From assembly GCF_001194135.2 (NCBI RefSeq), contig NC_068983.1, positions 13,008,248-13,050,332 on the forward strand: a DNA stretch of 42,085 nt, in the 5' to 3' direction. The notes under the pieces are model-generated. The model saw nothing but the letters and a program-made list of their open reading frames with translations. It made no database searches and had not been told where the DNA came from. The DNA comes from Octopus bimaculoides (Eukaryota). Positions 10,953 through 22,677 of the stretch are shown one piece after another. A program made the translations under genes and the position numbers. Numbering within the stretch: the first letter of the stretch is position 1; each line of letters starts with the position of its first letter.

Positions 10953-12945
10953 CAGATGATTATGGCAAAAAGCCAGAAGATCTGAAGATTTGTGAACAGA
11001 AATAAGTAGTTCGAGGAGAATAGATTGTTCAAAAATAACCCGAATAATAATAATAATAGTAATAATAATAAGGTAAAACGAGTTTAGGAAAATGCCAAAC
11101 CCCGCAACAGTGTGTGTCCAAGGTCTCTGACTGAAGAATCTTCCAAGTATACATAGTTATATACAACCATGATTTTATTGACTACGTGGAAAATGGCACA
11201 TCAACATGGATGACGATAGGAAGGACGGTACTGATAGAGAATGAGAAAGAAAAGAGATGGGAAGCCGGCAATCATATACGTATTACTCAGTTTACTATTG
11301 CTCTGGAAATTATTAACTGGCCTCACAGGAGATGAAGTATATAATCTTCTGTAAAAGGAGAATCTACTGACAGAGGCCAAAAAAAAAAAAAGATGTAGGA
11401 AGAAATCATGGAGAACTGCAGGCTTTCTACTAGTTCTCACACTACTGGCTGTTGGAGTGTCTGAGGACGACTGCAGTCAGTAAAAAGATAAAAAACTTTT
11501 TGGAGAAAGCAACGAGACTATGGGCAGTCGAACTGTCATGTGCGAACGAATCGCTAGGCAACGTCAAAATATGCAAGAGGACATTCCAGGGAGACACATC
11601 ATCTCTATTACTCCAAGACATTGCACTATTGCACTAATCCCTCTGACAAGTTGTTGTTGTTGGCACTCCGTCGCTTACGACGTCCAGGGTTCCAGTTGAT
11701 CCGATCAACGGAACAGCCTGCTCGTGAAATTAACGCGCAAGTGGCTGAACACTCCACAGACACGTGTACCCTTAACGTAGTTATCGGGGATATTCAGCGT
11801 GACACAGTGTGACAAGACTGACCCTTTGAATTACAGGTACAACAGAAACAGGAAGTAAGAGTGAGAGAAAGGTGTGGTGGAAGAGTACAGCAGGGTTCGC
11901 CACCATCCCCTGCCGGAGCCTCGTGTAGCTTTAGGTGTTTTCGCTCAATAAACAATCGCAACGCCCGGTCTGGGAATCGAAACTGCGATCCTATGACCGC
12001 GAGTCCNNNNNNNNNNTCCAGGGTTCCAGTTGATCCGATCAACGGAACAGCCTGCTCGTGAAATTAACGCGCAAGTGGCTGAACACTCCACAGACACGTG
12101 TACCCTTAACGTAGTTATCGGGGATATTCAGCGTGACACAGTGTGACAAGACTGACCCTTTGAATTACAGGTACAACAGAAACAGGAAGTAAGAGTGAGA
12201 GAAAGGTGTGGTGGAAGAGTACAGCAGGGTTCGCCACCATCCCCTGCCGGAGCCTCGTGTAGCTTTAGGTGTTTTCGCTCAATAAACAATCGCAACGCCC
12301 GGTCTGGGAATCGAAACTGCGATCCTATGACCGCGAGTCCGCTGCGCTAACCACTGGGCCATTGCGCCTCCACCCCTCTGACAAGTATACTGAGAAAAAA
12401 TAGAGGACCGGTGCTTGCTAAATTCTAGACAGGACCGGAGTTTACTAAATCCTAGACGAAAAGTAATCTCCTACTTTATATAGATGACCTCGAGCTGTAT
12501 ATATGAAAAAAAAAAGTATTCAGTAAACATATTGTAATGTAATTTAGGGTAACAATTTGAGTAGTACTAATTATGAAGAAAGGCCAAGGCAACATCATTA
12601 AATCGCTTTGGAATAACGAAGGGCAGAAATATTCAGGAGTGTTGCAAGACGATAGGATAATGGAAGGAGGAATGAAAAGTCACTGAGGAATAATAGATGA
12701 GATTTAGAAAGGTCATCAAAACATAATTAAATAGTGGGAACACCATTAAAGCCCTGCCGTATTGAAGTGCTCTGCACCCTTTCTGAAATGGACAAATGTC
12801 GAGTTGCAGAACTTAATGCAGAACGCACACCACCCTAAAAAGCAATACTAACTCACTCTATCAATCCAGAAAGGGAGGTGGCAGAGGATTTCTAAACGCA
12901 GAAGTCACTGTTAATATTGCTATACAAGGTCTAAAAAATTATGTT
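10952..12945 (+). mobile_element. Degenerate R4/Dong-type reverse transcriptase fragment, interrupted by a SINE
   Basis: ENRLFKNNP; KMPN..VQGL*LKNLPSIH; WMTIGRTVLI; LWKLLTGL; IKNFLEKA..LGNVKICKRTFQGD; ALIPLTSILRK (read across the SINE TSD); NLLLYIDDLELY (YIDD 12477-12488); KYSGVLQ; LNSGNTIKA; HHPK..GGRGF..LKNYV. Confidence 0.85.
11652..12373 (-). mobile_element. Young tRNA-derived SINE, family D, with (CAA)n tail and 13-bp TSD; true length about 390 bp
   Basis: TSD ccctctgacaagt at 11639-11651 and 12374-12386. Minus-strand head ggaggcgcaatggcccagtggttag (A box) and gtttcgattccc (B box). 324 bp (11683-12006 = 12017-12340) are duplicated across a 10-N gap. Confidence 0.9.
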
Positions 12946-12974
12946 GCTTTGCTTCCCTCTCCACTACCCTTAAC

Positions 12975-13009
12975 ATGTATGTATGTATGTGTGTATGTAT
13001 GTATGTATG

Positions 13010-13047
<38 letters not shown>

Positions 13048-13097
13048 CCTATCTATCCATCTGTCTACCTACCTACCTACCTACCTACCCACCTACA

Positions 13098-13150
<53 letters not shown>

Positions 13151-13258
13151 GTCTGTCTGTTTGTCTCTGTCTACGTTTCGATCTATTTATCTGTGTGTGC
13201 CTGTGTACATGTGTGTAAGTGTAGGTGTGAGTGTGTGTGTGTGTATGTGTGTGTGTAG
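12975..13258. repeat. Compound microsatellite (TGTA)n-(TCTA)n-(CCTA)n-(TCTA)n-(TCTG)n-(TG)n
   Basis: Directly visible; adjacent motifs differ by single substitutions. Confidence 0.95.
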
Positions 13259-13993
13259 ACAGTAAACAAATATCTATTAGCATCAGGTTAAACATTTTAA
13301 ATTAAAGATTGCTGTAAAACCTTATTTTGTACTTCTCCGTCTTATGCATATAACAAATAAATAAAATAAACAAGATCAGAATCGTTAACTTCAAGTAGTT
13401 CAAATCAATTATGGACAATTCTTAACTCAAATAAGATTAATCCTGCGAATCATATAAAAACGGGAGTTTGGTATATGCATAGTATATTTAAAAATACTTC
13501 AGACTTGATTTATAAAATAAATATATTTTATGTTAACAAATTTTAATACAAAAGCATCAAGATCATTCTTCAGAAGAATACTTAAATTATATTCGATTCT
13601 AAAAGATATCTTAATATAAGCACCACAGTGATGGATATGCACTAAATGCCATCAGTATGCGAAAAGAATTTACCAAGTAACATTCCATTAAGACTTTGCT
13701 TCTAGTTAAATAACAGAATAGAGAGATATGACTGAGATAAAAAGAAATTAAAAAGCAGAAAACAAAACATAAAATTGTCTTTTTTTTTTTTCAATATGAC
13801 ATACAGTGCGTTTAGGTAATTATAATGATATAACAAGCTTGCGTAATTTAATGTTCTGGAAAGATATGTTTTATATTTTCTTTACAAGAAACAAAACTAA
13901 AATGAAAAAAACGAAAAAAAATATGAAACTTTCGTTGAGGTAAAAGTTTTACTTGACTTTAAAATATCTCAGTGAACGTATATCGCCGTAATG

Positions 13994-14117
13994 AAATTTG
14001 ACATTAGTATAATTGGAATATTACATTATTTATAACTATCAGCAATCTGAACAAGATAAAGGAAATATACAAATTTGACATTAATATAATTGGTATATTA
14101 TATTATTTAAAACTATC
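13994..14117. repeat. 47-bp direct repeat, period 77 bp
   Basis: aaatttgacattagtataattggaatattacattatttataactatc (13994-14040) vs aaatttgacattaatataattggtatattatattatttaaaactatc (14071-14117); 4 mismatches. Confidence 0.9.
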
Positions 14118-14661
14118 TCCTTTTCTTAAAAAAAAAAACATGAAACCAAAATGTCAGTAATGCTCTTCAAGATATGTTATTTTACGTAAAATTTTACACT
14201 AAATTCAATATATTGTCAACAAGCTTAGAGTTTTATTTATTTGTCTGGGTACTGCTGCGTTACATCAAATTCTTTGGTCTCACTATTTTTGTTTTTCAGA
14301 TTTCTCGGAAATACTATTCTAATACATGAAATAAAATAATTTTGAAAAACTTGTCAGATATTTTATACATATACGTAGATACACATACACAGTGGCACGA
14401 ACATATGTGTGTACAAGAGTGCGTGCGTATATATTTATTATATGTGTGTGTCTTCGTAATCTAATATGCCTATCGAAGGGCATAGCATATTAGAATTAAT
14501 TCACATGAATTGATATTTAGTACCGTAGCAGACTGAAACCAAGAACTGTGCTAGCAAAGCCTATTTTTACCAAACGGCAACGGCTTCAGGAGTAGTATGG
14601 TTTTTAATTACTGCCCATGAATATACATTCGCCGTGATAGGTCGCAAGCCACGACACATTC

Positions 14662-14820
14662 TTTATTTTCTCTCCTTGTTTCTTTCTGTGTTCCTTTCTG
14701 TGGAAGAGCGTAGGCTCGAAGCGTTAAAGACATTTTCACTTCTCGAGCGTTAAACTAATACATCTGTTTGCTGGCTGTCTACACCACCTGTCTTCGTCTT
14801 TTGTTTTTTCGTGAATTCTC

Positions 14821-14823
<3 letters not shown>
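14662..14823 (+). mobile_element. Short Penelope-related non-coding element with a degenerate minimal hammerhead motif, ending at (TA)n
   Basis: cttt-CTGtgGA-a-GAGC(gtag)GCTC-GAAg-c-GTT-aaag at 14694-14729. The downstream part aligns with the reverse complement of 31365-31464. Confidence 0.65.
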
Positions 14824-14870
<47 letters not shown>

Positions 14871-15329
14871 TATATATGTATTTTATATGTTATATATATT
14901 ATATATATGCATATATATATGTATATATAATAAGTAAGTTTGGTGGCATTTGTGTTTCAGAAGGCACATATTCAAATATCAACATTTGAATATTTGCGAC
15001 ACCAGACTTGATTTCAGGCAAATGCCAAAAAATGACCAAACAGATGAAGTCTTTTGCGTAGATTTCTTACATTTTTGGCATTTCAATTTCTTGATTCCTT
15101 GATGCGCGGGTAAATCCATATGTTTTCAAAGAGATGTGATACTAAATTTTGGAACAAATATTTTTTTTCTTTTTCAATATAATTTAGAAGGAACTTTTCT
15201 TTTACCTTCAATTACTTAATTGTTTATATTGTAATAGATTACTTATATCATTACTTATATTAGTAATCAGTGGATCCTGATTTGCTAAACTACCTATTCG
15301 TTTACGTTAATTTGTGGGGCTGAAAGAAG

Positions 15330-16280
15330 GGGCTAAAGCACCGGCAGTTACAGAACACTCCGTTCCATCCGGAACCGGCAAGATCGACGTCATTAACGTT
15401 TTTCCTCTTCAGCTGTAAACTTGCAGAGCCTCAGAATAAGTTTGTATAAATGAAATTCTAGAGGCCCGACACACTAGGAGTGTACCAATGATCAATAGTT
15501 CATTGTACGGAAGGGTTGATGGACACGATATGGGTGCTAATAGTGGGGTAGAGTTAGTCTTGATTTAAAGTAGCATGGGTACGGCCATCTCCTAGTTTAA
15601 GACACAACTCTAGTAGCTATAGATCAATAACTAACATGGTGTCATATCTAAATTTGACTTGGAATTGATACTTTGGGTGGAGACTGATATTTCTCTTGCT
15701 ATATACAGTGATGGTCATTGGTATTTTCGGGTCTTTCTTTCATTACATTACTAATGCTAAATTTACGATATTTAACTTGAGATTTTCCGGTTCATTTTCT
15801 GTTATGCCACCCTGCGTTATACGAACCCATTAAGGCCTCATCGACGTTTATAACATGGAGTTATCAGTAAACTGTGATATCGATGGATAGGAACTCATTG
15901 CCATCGATATTAATTTGGGGTAGACAACGTTGCCTGCTACACTTTATCCTTCCTGATAAATCTCTCCGAGAAATATTCTTCTGACTTACATGGTCTTTTC
16001 AGCTGATCCTATACCATATGTACTAAGTATTTGTTGAATTACCTTCTCAGAGCTTTTAGGAATAGTAATCCATGATGTAAACTAGAATGGATCTGCACAT
16101 ATCTTTGTTTTCTCTTTCTTTGAATCACTCGATATCTGATACTTTATATTCCGTAAATACATAAATACAGTTGGGTTAACTACATTTCGGGCAATAATCG
16201 ATTTTGCGTATATGGTGTTTGTGCTTATTATTGTGTAGCTAGTCTTCTTGCTTCATATTTGATACAGGATTCTGTGGTTG
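15330..16280 (-). mobile_element. Highly degenerate Penelope-like element (GIY-YIG endonuclease remnant plus hammerhead-like 3' region)
   Basis: Minus-strand peptide ITIPKSSEKVIQQILSTYGI...GNVVYPK...SSY..SQFT resembles the PLE linker and GIY-YIG (VVY...YIGxT) pattern; ATLNQD C-terminal motif; ttacag-CTGAAGA...ctgtaa at 15418-15348. Confidence 0.5.
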
Positions 16281-16714
16281 AACGTGTTTCAGCATTGATT
16301 TATGTATGCTTCTTTATGTGTCATTTTCGTTTTCATTTCTTTGTGTCATTTTCACCAAGAATATACAATGATGAATACAGTTAAAACTATCAGGAGTTAC
16401 TACAAATTTCTTGTTTTAACATCAAATGCAAAAACGATTTTAAAATATTTTATAGCCTTTTCTATCCAAGCTCGTGCTATTGCATTGATTTTTGTTTCTT
16501 ACTTATGTACTGTTGAATAAATTTAGATACTTTTTCTGAGGCATCAAAGTTTTTTCGTGTCGTGTCGTGGGAATTTCAGAAATATGAATTGCTAAATCCA
16601 TATTTTGATTGCGTACTCTTCATTTCGCATCTATTGTAGAAGTAATATTCTGTTGCATACGCTTTATTACACTTTAAGGTCACCCAATGAATATATGCAA
16701 ATATATTTTTCCAG

Positions 16715-16795
16715 AAATATGGAAAACAATGATCGTCTGGTGACTCGGCTTTTTACTGTTCTATTTACTGCTGGTCACTTTCAACAGGAAATTGT
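16715..16795 (+). other. Candidate 81-nt exon (splice signals only)
   Basis: tttttccag acceptor at 16714 and gtaagt donor at 16796. One frame is open (NMENNDRLVTRLFTVLFTAGHFQQEI). No homology recognised. Confidence 0.2.
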
Positions 16796-16892
16796 GTAAG
16801 TAGTAGACAACACATATCTATTTTCATAAGTGTGTGCATACACTGTTTGCAAGGGTAAAAAGTTCTGTATATGTATATATGTATACTGTTTC

Positions 16893-17035
16893 AGAGGCAC
16901 GTGATTTAATTGTTAAGGTGTTACACTCATAATCGTAAGATTGCGGTTTCGATTCCTGGCGCGAGCGATACGTTGGTTTTCTTGAACAAAACATTTCACT
17001 CGGTTGACAAAAGCGAGAAAACCTGCGTCGGACCT
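16893..17035 (+). mobile_element. Truncated SINE family C
   Basis: gaggcacgtgatttaattgttaagg...ctCATaatcgtaagattgcggtttcgattcctgg...ttcttgaacaaaaca aligns with 4236-4340. Confidence 0.75.
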
Positions 17036-18059
17036 GAGTCCTGTCTATATAGATACATGCGCTTGAGAATGTAGGGAACCAGGTATATGGCTTTATACTA
17101 TTTTCTTAGTACTGCCAACTGGTTTGCTAAGTGTACTGGGTACATATTCGTGGCCAAGGTACTAAATAGGGGGGGGGGAGAAAGAAAGAAAGAAAGGAGG
17201 AAAGAAGGAAGGAGAGAGGGAGAAAGTGAGAAGGGGAAGAGAGAGAGAAAGAAAGAGAAAGAGAGAGACCACATTGAAAGATGAAAGACTACAGGTCCTA
17301 AAGGAACTTTTATCTCTGGAGGAGAAAATTTGAGAGAGAAAGAGATTCGACTTTTGGCAAGGTGATTAAAGTGTATAAGTCTAAAAGAAAGGATTTATAG
17401 TTTTGAACCAAAGCTTGTGCAGAGAGTGGCATATTAGACGATTCGTGGGGTGGGTCGAGAAGGGGAACAGGAAAGGAAGGCACAATCAAATGACTGAAAC
17501 AAATAAAAGAATTAAAATATATATATATATATAATGTTTATATGTTAATCTTTTCATAATTCTTTCCTCTATGATTCAAGCAACCCATTAGCTGTAAATT
17601 ATTCTCCAAATAATTTAGGATATCAGTGGTCTTTAGTATTTCACATTCTGCGCTGTAAGTGGTTGATTAGATTGTAACTAATTTACATTCTTCTTTACTG
17701 TCCAACTCTCCTCTTTCGTTAAACTAAACGTTGCTGGATGCATTTCTTCCATTGTTCTCGTATTCATCACCAAGGGGCAACACAATTTAGATCACCTGGC
17801 ATATTAGTAACCGTCTATTGTATTCCATAAACACTTCGTTGTTAGAATTTCACCATCATGTAATTAATAATTCAAAAGTTATTAAGTTATAGGAGACACT
17901 ATGCCTGGTCTGCATCACAGTAGGCAAAATATTCCAAACTCTCTTGACACGGAAAACAATTATATACACTTCCTAAAATAACACTTGGATTTCTATACAT
18001 CGAGGTATGTTGAGTAGTTCTACATTTCGAAGAGAGACCTTTAAGTAAAATATTGAAAT

Positions 18060-18420
18060 CATTGAGCAGAACCATGTGACAGCGTGATAGTTGATGTTAG
18101 ACCAAGGAGGTCAGGATGAATAATGTTGGGACACGTTTATAAATGCGATGGCAACCTTGTCTGCGATATACATAATTGGATGAGAGATAGCAGAATAGAC
18201 AAGGTGCGATAATGAGAATTATTAATAAAAGCGATGTAAATGGAGACGGTGGAGAAAGAGATAATTTCAATGATAAAGCCTATGATTAGGAGGAGACTGG
18301 AGATAGAAGTCTGTGCATCATATGTGTTCAAAAATATTGCGTGAAAATATTTGTGAATATGAGTTGAGGGGATCGTTACATTATACCAAGTGATATGATT
18401 TAAGTATTGGCGCCTCCTAT
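18060..18420 (-). mobile_element. Very old L2/CR1-superfamily ORF2 C-terminal remnant
   Basis: Fragmented minus-strand peptides EIGGA, ISSLLL/HRLYH, ISHPIMYI and QHYSS appear in the order expected for the post-RT region of L2-type elements; many stops. Confidence 0.35.
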
Positions 18421-18568
18421 CTCTTTATGTAGATCTTTGATAAAAGCAGATTGAATATGTAAGAACCAGACTCAGCTATTAATATGCAATAACATTTTAA
18501 AGGCGTAGTTTATAAAGGCCGCATTATAATGACTGAAACTAGCGAAAGCATAAAGAATGCATACATAA

Positions 18569-18652
<84 letters not shown>

Positions 18653-18660
18653 AACGTCAG

Positions 18661-18699
<39 letters not shown>

Positions 18700-19329
18700 C
18701 ATACATATGTATGTATATATGCACAAATAAAGATGGGTGTAAGGGAAATGAAAAGCTATAAAATAATGAAGGCATAATTTTGGATTTGCTCCACTGCTTA
18801 ATATTTTTGTAACATTCTTTAAATCCAAACTCTGGAAAATTTCAAAACTACTTTTCTAAAGATTTACAATAGACTACGATAGATTTTAAATTCTCCAATA
18901 ATTCATGACGTCTGCAAACTAAAACAAGTAAATAAAACTCAAAAGTTTGATTATGCTTTCAAGAATTTGTAACGCCGCAAACAATGTTACTTTAAACATG
19001 TATGAAATAAAGTGCTCTAGGTCAGTGAATAGAAATTGTTTACATACGAATGAAATGTATTCATATCTATTTATATAAATATGTTTGGTAGAAGATTATA
19101 TGATGGAGAAATGTGAGCAATGATGGAATTATTGCAAGTCCACGTAGCATATTCATGAAACAAAGAACATTGCAAGTCTCCAGTTTCATAATATAGTAAA
19201 TTGTACACCGAAAGAATATCTTGTACCAGGGTATATATTTCAGTTACCTTTATGACTATTACTTTGATTTTTTTAAGTTGTTCTTGATCTCTTTGCTCAT
19301 GTTCATGTTGTTGTTTTTGTTGTTGTTGT

Positions 19330-19340
19330 TATTATTATTA

Positions 19341-19374
<34 letters not shown>

Positions 19375-19598
19375 GATTGAGTGAGAGAGCAGTGCATGCC
19401 ATCTAAGTGACACTGGGGTAAAATATACGAAGCTCATTATACCCATCATGACTTACCCGTCTGATAAGGGTACACCAGGCACGTGCATCACAACCATATA
19501 TGCGCGACATGATGATCTCATATCAAGATAAACAGCGCATGACCTCGCAGGTGGGTCCCAGTTAGAATTTTCTGCAGGTCGAGTAGCCCATCCCGCTC
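19330..19598 (-). mobile_element. 5'-truncated (AAT)n-tailed retroposed repeat, family E
   Basis: A ~220-bp GC-richer block ends on the minus strand in a ~45-bp (AAT)n run (19330-19375). It was recognised by pattern as a recurrent cephalopod repeat; there is no second copy in the window. Confidence 0.5.
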
Positions 19599-20402
19599 CT
19601 GCTGGCTTTATTTAGATTCTACATATTGAAATACGTTTTGAGTCTTTCTTTAGCCGGTGAGATGGATTTTCCAGTAAATGTCAAGAAGGGTGTCATTGCG
19701 GCTGGAGTGTTGGATTCACGATCACAGCTCCGTTGGTTGGATTACTTGTCCGAGTCGTGCACTCTCTCCATAAGCAAGGCACTTCCATTCACGTTCCTAC
19801 CATGTAGTCTAGTTAATGTTACTCCTAGCCCAGTACTAATGCCGCCTGCTCTCCCGCCAACATTCTCTGGTTCAATGGTAGAACATCCTAGGGAGTATCT
19901 ATACCTGTTGGAAACTATTTAAACAATTAAATAAAGCGAAAACAGGGTATATATTTCGAAGTTCTACCTGCGAGGAACAGTTATGCTTTGCTTGGGGCTT
20001 AACATCTGCGAACAATCTCACGCTTGTGGTTAATGCACAAACATCTTGTAGGGGAGCGTGAAACATTTCTCTGGTGAATACAGTAACAGAACGGCAACAA
20101 AGAGACAAAACAGCGTTTACAAATTCAGTATTTCTGTCACGTTTATTTTGCCCTCAAAACGTATGGAATTATGTGTGTAAGTGATCAGCAAAAACAAATT
20201 TGCAACTGAATCTAAAATTTCTTCAATATCCATAATGCTATCAGAATATGGGAGTTGAGTAAATCGCTCTTAGGCTATAAACTGGAAAATAAGGATTCTA
20301 TGGTTATGTAATATAATATCTTTCAAATCAGTGGTATAAAATAAATGTTTCGTTTTTATATTGTTGATATTAAATATTGCATGCGTGATCAAAACATGCG
20401 CG

Positions 20403-20463
<61 letters not shown>

Positions 20464-22582
20464 NNNNNNNNNNNNNNNNNNNNNNNNNNNNNNNNNNNNN
20501 NNNNNNNNNNNNNNNNNNNNNNNNNNNNNNNNNNNNNNNNNNNNNNNNNNNNNNNNNNNNNNNNNNNNNNNNNNNNNNNNNNNNNNNNNNNNNNNNNNNN
20601 NNNNNNNNNNNNNNNNNNNNNNNNNNNNNNNNNNNNNNNNNNNNNNNNNNNNNNNNNNNNNNNNNNNNNNNNNNNNNNNNNNNNNNNNNNNNNNNNNNNN
20701 NNNNNNNNNNNNNNNNNNNNNNNNNNNNNNNNNNNNNNNNNNNNNNNNNNNNNNNNNNNNNNNNNNNNNNNNNNNNNNNNNNNNNNNNNNNNNNNNNNNN
20801 NNNNNATATATATATATATATATATATATACAAAGAGAGATGGACAAAGAGATAGGAGGGTAGATAGGGAGTGACTAGAAGGGAGTGAATGAGAGAAGGT
20901 GTTTCAGAAATAAAATGGTTGTGAAAGATAGATTTCAATTCGTTGACCGTTGTAAACTGAAATATGGAATATCTCAAAGAAAACACAAAGGTACTTCGAA
21001 AGATATTTGGTAATATCAATGAAATATGCACCGAATTCCGTAAGCAATAAAACCGTAATTTATTGAAATTTTCCTTCAGCTTCAGTCGGTAGTAATTTTC
21101 AGAAGAGGAGATAACCTTTCGAAATTTAAAATAGCTTCGACTTTAACTACGCGATAAATTACCTTCATTTAAGGGAGAAATTAAGTTCTATGTTTTGGTC
21201 AACTTGATCTCATTAGCACAATAGCCTAACCCGATCTGTAGATCAGCAAGTAGATGTTATTTAATTATAGAAAAAAAAAAGAATTACACATGCATTTCCA
21301 TAATATTAATTTGCATGATTATAATGAAATGTGACAAACAAAAAATCTGATTTTGAGTCATTAATCTAAATGGCATTTCACTGAAAAATAAAACGGTGCA
21401 TTCTTATAGTCTTTACACAGAAATCAAAGGGGACATAACTGGAAGGAATTAAAATTAACTATATTATGGGAAATATCAAGATATGTATATATATAAAACT
21501 CTTACAGCTGGAAGAGTGATACGATATATATATATATATATATATATANNNNNNNNNNNNNNNNNNNNNNNNNNNNNNNNNNNNNNNNNNNNNNNNNNNN
21601 NNNNNNNNNNNNNNNNNNNNNNNNNNNNNNNNNNNNNNNNNNNNNNNNNNNNNNNNNNNNNNNNNNNNNNNNNNNNNNNNNNNNNNNNNNNNNNNNNNNN
21701 NNNNNNNNNNNNNNNNNNNNNNNNNNNNNNNNNNNNNNNNNNNNNNNNNNNNNNNNNNNNNNNNNNNNNNNNNNNNNNNNNNNNNNNNNNNNNNNNNNNN
21801 NNNNNNNNNNNNNNNNNNNNNNNNNNNNNNNNNNNNNNNNNNNNNNNNNNNNNNNNNNNNNNNNNNNNNNNNNNNNNNNNNNNNNNNNNNNNNNNNNNNN
21901 NNNNNNNNNNNNNNNNNNNATATATATATATATATATATATAGCTCTACATACTTCAGAATAGGTAATTACTACAGTATCGTGTTTATAATGCATTTTAT
22001 TGTTGCATATACACCATAAGGAATATTGCTGCACGTAAAGAATATTTCCTTTCGCGGTCTTTGAATGTATGGTGTGACAAAACGAAAGGAACATAAGTAT
22101 TACTGAAATGAAACGAGTGATGAATAGGAGAAAGATGGAGAAGAATATTGGAAAACAAATGATTTATATCATAAGAAGAAAATACATGAAAATTATTTGT
22201 CGGAGAAAAGTTGTAGTGAGGAAAAAGTAAATTCAAAGTAGTTTGAGAGAGAAAAGGAAAAAAAATACTCCCTTAGGTACTAACATAAAATAGTTTGATA
22301 AATAGGAAGCAATAGAGAATGGAGTTATTAAAATATAACTAAAGTATAACAAATATATAAGTATGAAATACGTCAGCTGAGAAACGGTATTTCTCAAACA
22401 AGGAAAATATCTTTAACGAAAATTGAATATAGGAGGTAACAAAAGCTACTAGCGCATAGATATATGCCTAAATATGTACATGAAAATGCGCATACTTATA
22501 GTCTTTTATACATATATGCATGTATATCCACATATATTTTTACGTGCAAGCATGTACACGGATATATATGTCTGTTCACGTA

Positions 22583-22623
<41 letters not shown>

Positions 22624-22677
22624 TAAAAAAAGTGAGGGATTTCGATTATCTCCACGTGGTGAGTTATAATATATATA

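Noticed and set aside
11683-12340. Apparent 324-bp tandem duplication or SINE dimer
   Set aside because: The copies appear identical, are separated by exactly 10 N and lie inside one TSD pair; this is most likely an unmerged contig overlap.
15040-15060. cagatgaag followed by a small hairpin as another hammerhead
   Set aside because: The core is mutated and no GAAA follows the stem.
21163-21235. Minus-strand exon candidate with good splice signals
   Set aside because: Stops in all three frames.
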